Shown one piece after another: positions 1-9,623 of a stretch of 42,805 bases of DNA. The notes beneath the pieces are model-generated. The model did not search any database. It was not told where the DNA came from and was given only the letters and a program-made list of their open reading frames with translations. This DNA is from Saprolegnia diclina VS20 (Eukaryota): the NCBI RefSeq assembly GCF_000281045.1, contig NW_008246090.1, positions 488,608 to 531,412 of the forward strand. The letters run 5' to 3'. Position numbers and translations under genes: made by a program. Positions within the stretch are counted from its first letter, which is position 1. Every line of letters begins with the position of its first letter.

Positions 1-1034
1 ACCGTCGGCGCTGGCTCAATCGACTTGATCAGCGACCGGTCGTCAAACGACGCGGCTTGGCGTCGCCGCCGATGCCGGTAGCGCAACTCGAAGACCCGGC
101 GCTCCTCCATGTCCTTCATGATGCTTTGTGCGAGGCTCTCGAGCGTCCCGAGCTTTTCGCAGTCAGTGCGCGGCGCTGTATCAAACACGGCGAGCGTCCC
201 GATTACGTGGCCGCCCGGTGTCGTCAATGGCGCGCCGGCGTAGAAGCGAACGCCGCTCTCGACGAGCGGGCTGCGCTCAAAACGCGAGTCCAGCGTGGCG
301 TTGAGCACGGCTTGTGGCCGCCCCGAGGCGACCACCGCCTCGCAGAACGCGAGTTTTCGTGGCACCGACGTCTTGGCGAGCCCGAGCTTGGCCTTGAACC
401 ACTGCCGGTCCTTGTCCATAAAGCTCACGACCGCGATCGGACACTCCATCGTGTTTGCCGCAAGGTCGCACCAGATGTTGAACGTCTCGTCCGGCGGCGA
501 GTAGAGCACGTTATACGCCTGGAGCGCTTCGAGTCTATCGGCTTCGTTGGCTTTCTCAGCTGCGGCGTCCAAGTCCACCTCGTCGAGCGAAGCGCCTCGG
601 TCGCGATGCAGCGAGTACTCGATGCTGGGCACGCCATCCTCGACGAGGGGCGAAAATAGTAAGAGGTCGTCGGCCACCGGGTCGGTCGTGAAGCGGTCCG
701 AGTCGATCGTGTACGAGAGATGCGAGGAGACGGCGGCTTTGCGCTCGGGTGGGCCTTCGAACGCGCATGTGGCGCACGTCTTGATGGGCATGTGACGCTC
801 GGGCGCCAAGTGGACGAGCTTGTGCAAGATGCATTCTTTGCAAAAGAGCTGCCCGCACTACAGTTGGTCAACGTAAGAGATCAGCACACACGGGCGCCGA
901 CGTACGAGACGGCAGTGGTGGCGGCGGCGAAAGAGGTTGTGAAACTTCTTCGAGCACGCGTCACAGCGGTACCGCTCCTTCTTGGAGACCCATTGCGACG
1001 GCGGCAGAATGTCTTCGAAGCGGATCTCGTGCAT
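1..1034 (-). CDS. FYVE zinc finger + GAF domain protein, paralogue A (3' end runs off the window)
   Basis: Exon 1 reads WVSKKERYRCDACSKKFHNLFRRRHHCRL. After a 48-bp GT..AG intron (858-905) it continues CGQLFCKEC...KTCATC, then a GAF domain: EADRLEALQAYNVL..., SFMDKDRQWFKAKLGL, RKLAFCEAVV, DSRFERSPLVESGVRFYAGAPL, IGTLAVFD. The frame stays open to base 1, so the ORF track misses it. Start Met at 1034 is uncertain. Confidence 0.88.
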
Positions 1035-2308
1035 GCGGAAGAACTTGGTAAGTGCTTCTTCGTTGCACCGTTGGACGAAGCGCCAGTGGCACCGCGCCCC
1101 ATCGAGATCATCATCGCGCAGTTGCCTTCTTGTGTGTAACCAGATCGAAGTTCGAAGGCGTGACGGGGCACGCCCTCCGGTCGCGGATCCCACACATCGA
1201 AGATTCGCAGGTAACCGCCAATCGGCAAACTCGCGATCGTCCAGCACTCGTGTCGTGCTCGCGACAGCGTGCAGGTAGAAGCGATCGGCGTGGCGTTAGG
1301 ACGCGATTCGAAGGAAACGTCATCGCTCAGGTGTGTGCGCCCGTCTGGCCCCAGTCGTTGAAGAAGGCCAGGCGTTTCTCACCCAAATCCCTCGCGGCTA
1401 CTTGCATTTGCCACATGCGCACTGGCGCGAAATTCATGGACCAAACGAGTGCGACGATCCAGTGACGGTGCTGCCCACAAAGCGCTCCACACAATGGCCG
1501 CTTGGGTTGTCGCTGCACGCTCCTATAACCGTAGGTCTCTGCTGCCACGTGGTGCGACGGCTCGCTGGACTTAAGCGTTTGCAGCGACGTCTCCTCCACC
1601 ACTCAAACGCCACCTTCTGTGGGGATCGACATCGTGGCACAAGCTCTCATCACCGTCGGTATGAGATTGCGACCCAGCCGCTCGTACTTCACGCGTTTCG
1701 AGGCGAGCGTAGCTGGCCCACCCACGTGCGTGCGTCTTGGTGCACATAATGGCTGCTTGCCGAGCACCTTCGACAATCGTACACGTGCCACCGACCTTCA
1801 ACAGCCCAAGACTCAGCCCAAGGTACTCGCGCGCACCTACTTGCACACGAGCGGCTTGAGCCTTCTCCACTAGTACGGTATATTACTGTATTATAGCAAC
1901 CAGTATCCAGTGACTGGCAACCGACTTCAACTCGGTCGCTGCTGCCGGCGCCAAAATGGCAACCAACGTGCGTCGATTTTTCACCAGATTTTCACGCTGC
2001 TTGAAATCCCACGCAGACGAGGCGCGATGACTAGTGACGAAGCGTGCGTATACGACGACCAGGTCTGATCGGACAGAACCAGACCCCTAGAGTAAGCTCT
2101 TCGAGTTTGCTTCTTCTGCAAGCTACCGACGACGTTTCGCAAGCAGTCGCACCTACGGTAGGTGGGGCTGGCCACCTCTTGAGGTTGCCGTTTGCTCTTT
2201 GGTGTGGGATACTGTGGTAGCCAGGGACAAAGGACGTGGAGGCGACGTAGGGCTAATATTGTTATAGGTGGTATATACTCTAGTACATGCAGCGGGTAAT
2301 AATGGGGA

Positions 2309-3806
2309 TCATGCCTTCTTGGATTCGTCGGCCATGAGCTTGGCCTCCATGCGGGCGACTGCGTCCGCCAATTTATTGATCTGACTACCGTGCGAGTTGA
2401 TAGTGGCAAACATATTGCCTTGCTGACTCGCGAGCTGCTGCTGCGTCACCGTCGTGCGGCTCAGGAGATCCATGAGCATCGTCTCCATCTTGGGTGCGGG
2501 CGCGCCGGTCGCCGAGGCGGCGACAGCGGTCTCGGGCGCGGTCGCCACAAGCGCGGCTTCCGGCGCCGGCGGCGGCACCTCGGCGGCCACGGCAGGCACT
2601 GGCGCCACCGGAGCTGCCTCGGATGGTGTCGGCTCGGACACAGCAACCGACGAGTTGTTGGTCAACACCGACGACCGGTCGGTGGCACCGGACGGGCGCT
2701 CCGCAGAACCCGCCGCGAGCTTGCGGTCCTCGAGGTTCTTCATGACAACCTGCGCGAGCTTTTCGAGGGTGCCAACGTCACCTGGGTCGCGCGTCCGTGC
2801 GGCGACGTCAAAGACGAACACCGTGCCGAGCACGCGGCCCGTGCCAGGACAAATGATGGGCGCCGCGGCGTAGAACCGAATGCCGGCGCGGCCCGTGACA
2901 AGCGGGTTCCGGTCAAAGCGATTGTCGAGGGACGTGTCGGCGACAAGGATCGGCTCCTTCGTATAGACGACGTGCGCGCAAAAGGACACGTTGCGCGGAA
3001 TCTCTTCCTGGATGAGGCCGACGCTCGACTTGAACCACTGCCGCGTCTCGTCGATAAAGCTCACGCCAGCGATCGAGCAATTGAGCGCTTTGGACGCGAG
3101 GTCGCAGATGATGTCAAACACATCGTCTTGCGGCGTGTCAAGAATGTCGTAGCTGTAGAGGTCCTCGAGGCGGTCGGCCTCGTCGGCGCAGGCCGGCGGC
3201 TTGGGCCACGCGTGCTCCCAGTCAAAGTCAAGGGGGTAGTCGCACGGCGTGCTCGCCGGCGGCAACTCGATGGGTGTGAGCGGCGAGTTCATCGAATGCG
3301 TCCGGCCGCTGGTGCTGTGGTAGTGGCCGCGCGAGTGCGAGTGCTCCGAGACCGAGCTGCTAAAGCCATGCGGCGCCGCCGACGCGACGGTGGCCGGCGA
3401 CGGCGCGACGCCCGAGCCTTCGCCAGGCGGGTTGGCGAACCCCATAACACATTGTACACAGACGCGCGCTTCGGTTTGGCCGACGCTGGGGAGCATGAGC
3501 TGCTTCTTGAGCGCGCACGGGCTGCAGACGATCTCACCACACTATGCATAGGCATGAGACATATAGGACGATCGAGCATAGTGAGCGTACGACGCGGCAG
3601 TGGTGCTTTCGTCGAAAGGCGCTGAAATTCTTATTGCAAATGTGGCAGCGCTTGCGCTCCGAGTCCGAGACCCACGACTCCTGTGACCGCAGCGCCTCGA
3701 GGACGATGACGTTGCCCTTGTTGAGCGCGGCCGCGTCCATCTCGACGGACGCGCCCCGGGAGAGCGCCGGCTGCACCATGCTGCTCACGCTCGGCTGCTT
3801 GTTCAT
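2309..3806 (-). CDS. FYVE zinc finger + GAF domain protein, paralogue B, with C-terminal coiled coil
   Basis: Canonical FYVE motifs: WVSD, CHIC, RRKHHCRV, then intron 3542-3590, then CGEIVCSPC and RVCVQC. GAF domain: SFIDETRQWFKSSVGL, FCAHVV, RFDRNPLVTG, IRFYAAAP, LGTVFVFD. Ends in a heptad-like tail (QINKLADAVARMEAKL). Confidence 0.92.
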
Positions 3807-3871
3807 CCTTCCAGTCACACGTAAAAATGAGCCCTCGGTAGCTGACTGCCTTGAATGTCCGAGGAAGCCAG

Positions 3872-4061
3872 CCAATCAGAGCGCGCCGGCTTTGGTTACT
3901 ACGAATTACACGGCACATTTCGCAGCGCAGAAGCGGCCGCGGCGATCAATTTTGACCAATCCAAAGCTACTTTATGCGAAAAAGACAGCCAATCCCAAGC
4001 GGCCAAAGCCAGATGCGTCTTGATTGGCTCTGGCCTTGGTTTGAAATCGGCATCGGATTGG
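3872..4061. promoter_or_regulatory. Cluster of four CCAAT boxes in the divergent FYVE-GAF / VPS34 intergenic region
   Basis: CCAATCAGA at 3872, CCAAT at 3956, ATTGG at 4023 and 4057, i.e. two in each orientation. CCAAT boxes are known oomycete core promoter elements; function here is inferred. Confidence 0.5.
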
Positions 4062-4460
4062 GTCCCTCTGCCGCAGGGGCTTTTATTTCACGGGGCATAC
4101 AAATACCAAGTGCGTTGGCCGATCAAGAGACGGCGCCGATTCTAGTGCGAGTGGCGTGTTTTTAGAACCGGCATTTTGAATCGGACGGATTATTGACGCG
4201 TTGACTGGAAGCGGAATGTATACCAGACTACTGCGACACGTATATTGCCCCCTGGGCTTTTCTACATATTCTAGCTCTTCGCGCGACGATCCACGCGTTA
4301 TCCTTCCACGCCCGAGCACTCGGTGTTCTTGAAGCTGACCCGTGACGCTTCCTTGAACAACCGAATGCGCGTGCCATGTCTGCGTTCCCAAAGCGTTCGT
4401 GCATATTGCCCGCGACATTCTCGATTGTATTCGGCTGCTCGACGTTTCGATCCCCGTCCC

Positions 4461-7400
4461 ATGNNNNNNNNNNNNNNNNNNNNNNNNNNNNNNNNNNNNN
4501 NNNNNNNNNNNNNNNNNNNNNNNNNNNNNNNNNNNNNNNNNNNNNNNNNNNNNNNNNNNNNNNNNNNNNNNNNNNNNNNNNNNNNNNNNNNNNNNNNNNN
4601 NNNNNNNNNNNNNNNNNNNNNNNNNNNNNNNNNNNNNNNNNNNNNNNNNNNNNNNNNNNNNNNNNNNNNNNNNNNNNNNNNNNNNNNNNNNNNNNNNNNN
4701 NNNNNNNNNNNNNNNNNNNNNNNNNNNNNNNNNNNNNNNNNNNNNNNNNNNNNNNNNNNNNNNNNNNNNNNNNNNNNNNNNNNNNNNNNNNNNNNNNNNN
4801 NNNCTCCGAGTACAAGTACTACCTGAGCAGCGCCGTCGACGTCGAGGTGACCTTCCTCCTCTCGTATGTGGACATGCCTCCGCAGCAGCTGCTGCAGCAT
4901 GACAAGCCCACCGGCGACGAGCTCTTCCACGCGCCCGAGCTCGTGCAAGCCATGGGCTCGGCGTCCGAGCTCCAAAACTCGGCGATGAACGAGCTCTTTG
5001 TGAGCGCGCAGATCTTTGCCGACGGGCTGCCGATGCATACGATGCCGATCTGCACCAAGAGCCCGAGCAAGGTCAGCGCGTCGTGCTTGTACTGGAACGA
5101 GTGGATCACGCTGCCCGTCAAGTTTCGCGACCTCCCGCGCAATGCGGTCATTGCGCTCACGATCTGGGGCGTCGGCGAAGTGCCCGTCGGTGGCACGACC
5201 GTGCCCCTCTTTGGCCGCAACGGCCTCCTCAAGGACGGCGCGCTCTGCCTCCGTGTCTGGCCGCGCGTCGCCGCCGACCCGGACGTGCTCACGACGACGC
5301 CGTCCGACTACGAGCACGACAACCAAGCCGAGATTGTCACGCGGCAAATGGAGTGCTTTCGCCTCGACAAGCTCAAGGAGCGCTACGACCGCCACGAGAT
5401 GCTCCGCCTCGACTGGGTCGACCGCATCACGAACCGCCGCATTGCGCGCATGCGCAGCAACGCCGAGTGCCCGGGCCCGAAGGAAGAATTTCCGTCGTAC
5501 ATTCATGTACGCAACGACCCCTGCCTCTGGATCGACCTCCCGTACTTTGGCCACCCCGTCGTGTACGAAGAAGAGCCGTACCCAATCCGGAATGCCAACC
5601 TCTACGGCGACGCAGCGACGCGGCCGCCCGCATCGCTCGCCGGCGAGACGCCAGCGGCGCATCCCCGGTCGCTGAGCCGCATTGGTAGATGGTGCTTTGC
5701 TTCTTTCTGTATCTGACAATATGGAATAGATAACACGACCGACTCGGCCCTTGTTGCTGTGTGGGACCCGGACCTCGCCGAGGACAACCCGGCCGAGCGC
5801 AAGTACCGCAAGCTCGCACGTGACATTCTCCGCGGGTCCATTGACCCGAATCTGAAGCCGAACCGCGAGGAAAAGTTTCGTATCGACAAGCTCCTCGGGT
5901 CGTCGAGCGACCACCTCAAGAACGACGAGAAGGACTTGCTGTGGAAGTTCCGGTACACGCTCGTCGAGAACCGCAAGGCGATCGTCAAGTTCCTTCTGAG
6001 TGTCGACTGGCTCGACGAGACCGAGGTGACGCTCACGTCCGAGCTGCTCACGGCGTGGACCGAGATCGACGTGGCCGATGCGCTCAAGCTGCTCGGTCCG
6101 CGCAAGGAGTTTCGGAGCGACCTCGTGCGTCATTTTGCAGTCGCGGCGCTCGACAAAGCACGCAACGAAGAGCTCCTGGACTTTCTTTTGCAGCTCGTGC
6201 AGGCGCTGCGGTACGAACGCCGCCACGAGGCGTCGCTCGGGCCGCTGGCGCGCTTCCTCATTTCGCGCGCGTGCAAGCACTTCAAGATGGCCAACTTTTT
6301 TTACTGGTACCTCCAAGTCGAGGTCTCGGACGTCCGCGACGGCGACATGTTTACGCGCATTCTGGAGCGCATGCTCTCGCAGATGCGCGAGTCGGACGAC
6401 GGTGTCGCGATTCTCAACATGCTCCAGACGCAGAACGAGTACATGAACCGTATCATGGCACTGCACTTGCGCGCCCGCGACGAAAAAGGCAAGAAGGATG
6501 CGAAAGAAGAGAAGCTCAAGCAGTACCTCAAGCAAATGGTGTGGCCCAAAGGCGTCCACATTCGACTGCCGCTGGACCCGTCGATCCATCTCTCGGGCAT
6601 CGTGCCGACGTCAGCCAAGATGTTCAAGAGCGCGATGTACCCATGCGTGCTGGACTTTACCACGGTCCTCGTCGAAGCCGACGTGGCTGAGGTTGCGCAT
6701 CGGGTTGCATTCCTTGTCGCTGACATAAGCTTGCGTAGGACACGGAAGCCACGTCGCTGCGCGAGTCGCTGAGTGTGCTCAACTCGGGCCCGTCGTCGTT
6801 TACGGCGCCGCCGCCGCTCACGTCCATGACGTCGAATCGCTTTCTGGGCTTGCGTCGGGACAAGGACGGACCCGCGTACAAGGTCATGATCAAGAATGGC
6901 GACGATTTGCGCCAGGACCAGCTCGTCATGCAGATGTTTAGCCTCATGGACCGGCTGCTCAAAAAAGTGAATCTGGACCTGAAGCTCGTGTCGTACCAGA
7001 TTCTGGCCACGTCGCCGTCCGCGGGCCTCATGATGTTTGTCAACGATTCGTATCCGGTGTCGGGCGTCATCTCCAACTACAAGACGATCCAAGCCTTCCT
7101 TCGCGCGCACAACCCAGACCCGAGCGGATACGAAGGCATTGCGCTCGAGGCCATCAACACGTACGTGCGGTCGCTCGCGGGCTCGTGCGTCTTTTCGTAC
7201 ATCCTTGGTATTGGCGACCGGCACTTGGAGAACGTCATGATGAAGAGCCAAGGCCACCTCTTCCACATCGACTTTGGCTTTATCTTTGGCGCTGACCCCA
7301 AGCCGTTCCCGCCGCCCTTCAAGCTCACAAAGGAAATGGTCGAAGGCATGGGCGGCACCAAGAGCGAGCACTACAACAAGTTTGAGACGCTTTGTTGCCA

Positions 7401-7694
7401 AGCCTACAACTGGTCTGATCGACTTGACGAAGCTCGGATGCTGATCACTGTCGTAGGCTGCGCAAGAGTGCGCCCATGATCCTCAACTTGCTCCACTTGA
7501 TGGTGGACGCGGGCATCGAAGGCTACACCAACGACCCGCAGACGGTCCTCGCCAAGGTCGAAGAACGCTTCCGCCTCGATCTCACGGACGAGCAAGCCGA
7601 GCAGTTTTTCCTCCAGCTCATTTCGGACAGCATGAACGCCCTCTTCCCTGTGCTCGCCGACATTGCGCACGACATTCGCGTCAAAATGCGATAA
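4461..7694 (+). CDS. VPS34: Class III phosphatidylinositol 3-kinase
   Basis: C2 domain (WNEWITLPVKFRDLPRNA), WDP...DNPAERKYRKLAR, helical domain (LLWKFRY, LLQLVQALRYE), kinase domain (KNGDDLRQDQL, YILGIGDRHLEN, LFHIDFGF, DPKPFPPP). Introns 5685-5729, 6692-6738 and 7413-7456 restore one frame. The start is assumed to be the ATG at 4461 just before the N gap. Confidence 0.96.
4464..4803. other. Assembly gap (340 N)
   Basis: Run of N in the sequence. Confidence 0.99.
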
Positions 7695-7760
7695 GATCGC
7701 GTCGTAACCAAGTCGTAACCACCATATATATATGCACGTACCATATACATCCATCTTGCC

Positions 7761-9623
7761 ATGGCCCAACGCGACACCAACAAGTTGCGCATTCGGTGGT
7801 GCAAACACACTCGACAGTTTGTGCCATCACCGTCGCCGCGTCCTGTCAAGAGCCCAAGAAAGGCCGTGCCACCAACGACCACTGAGCAAAACAACAATGC
7901 TCCGACGGTCGCATCGCTCCACTTGCCACCGATTGAGGTCGTCGGCCTTGGTGCGGACGATGTGGCCAAGGTGGCTGCAGAGCTTTGACTTCTCATGAGC
8001 TCATAGCACGCTGTAGTTTTTCAGCGTCGCCATCTTTCAAGAAGACACGATGGCGCGGACGCCACTGCGCGTCTACGTGGACCTCTTTGCACGAATCCAG
8101 TTTTCGACCGACCTCGCCCGCATCGCAACAAACCGCAAGGCGCTCGAGCTCTTCCTCGAATGCTACGAGCTCTGCCTCGGCCTCGTTACGGTGCCCCACC
8201 CGAGCCTCTGCCGCGGTTGGAACCGAGTGGTTCGTCTTGACGCTGACGGAATGCGGTGTAGAGTGGCTGCCGTGCGCCGAGATGTATCTCTTCCTTGGTC
8301 GATTCGCGAAAGCGCGCCGCGTCGCCCAGCAGGTTGGAGCGTCCAAGGACATGACGGAGCGTCTCAAGCGCGTCCTCGTGCTGTCTCGTAACCACGAGCG
8401 TGCGTGCGAGACGTCTCGAAGGGCCCTCGAATTTGCGTACCCGCCAAAAGAGAGTTTGCACGCGTTGGTCGCCGCCATCGACAGCGTCTTGTCGACGTCG
8501 CCAGCCTCCCCGGAAGCCTTGTACCTCAAAACCGCGGTGCTTGTGGCCACGCAAATGTACGACGAGCTTCTCGAGTTTCTAACCCGGCTCCCGTTTCCAC
8601 TTGTGGCGTCCGACACCAACTTGCTCATCGCGAACGCACGAGCGCAGAGCCATGTGGGCAATCTCGAGGCAGCCGTCGCCTTGCTTCAGAAAATGCCACC
8701 CGGCCGCCACTCGCCGACCTCACGCCAGTATCTCGAGCAGCTCCAGCGCATGCAGTCACGTCGGGTACGCACCGTTGGTCACCGAATACACATACATGGG
8801 TGTGGTGCGTCCAGGCGCAAGGCATCTCGCTCGTCAACGGCGGTCACTATACCGCTGCTATCGACATGTTGACAACGTGCTTGGCTCTGGAGACGTCGAA
8901 TGCGCTGTACCAAGCCAGCGTCTTGTATGAGCGCTCGGGGGCCTTCTTGGGCGTACCTGGGAGAGAGGGGGATGCGGTTGCAGACGCCGAGGCGTGTCTT
9001 CGACTGCAGCCCACCCACGCACTCTGCCATGTTCGCCTTCGCAGTGCACGTGTGCAGCTCGAGACGGCCAAGATGGTACAGCGCGATCGTTTCATCGGGC
9101 CAATCGACACCGAGCGTAGCAGCACCTCGTTTACAAGGAGCAGCGGGCGGCAGACAAGGCCAACAAGTACCGTCGTGTTCCTTGGCGTCACAGAGAGAGA
9201 CGTCGCATAGGCGTCCATCATACGCCAGCGTCTTCTTCCGAACTGGTGCACCCTCCAACCTCGCACCGCGCGACCAGCTGCGGTACTTGAAGTCGCACAC
9301 GGAGGCCACGGGACGACCCAAGACGACGCCGGTGCTTGCAACAATACCCCTAGAACTCTATTACACGATGTTGGGCATTTCGCCTGCGGCATCGATGGAC
9401 GAGGTCAAGAAGGCGTACCATCGATGCGCGCTGCAGCTGCACCCAGGTGACGGCGATGGCAAGTACCTTGCGGTATGCAAAGGTGCATGTAGACAAGCGC
9501 AAGAATGCGGACGCTGACGACCAGTTCAAGGCGATTGCGACAGCGTATGCGGTACTGAGCGACACGGCCGCGCGCGACGAGTATGACCGCGTGGTGAAGT
9601 CGTCATGTTACTCGACCCATTAA
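7761..9623 (+). CDS. TPR-repeat + C-terminal J-domain protein (DNAJC7-like architecture)
   Basis: Multi-exon. TPR-like helices (GHYTAAIDMLTTCLAL, AVADAEACLRLQP). J domain YYTMLGISPAASMDEVKKAYHRCALQLHP^DK...FKAIATAYAVLSD...RDEYD, with HPD restored across intron 9447-9492. The 5' exons are less certain. Confidence 0.82.

Noticed and set aside
9400..9520. J domain apparently lacking HPD (the ORF track reads HPGD)
   Set aside because: Artefact of intron 9447-9492; splicing restores HPDK.
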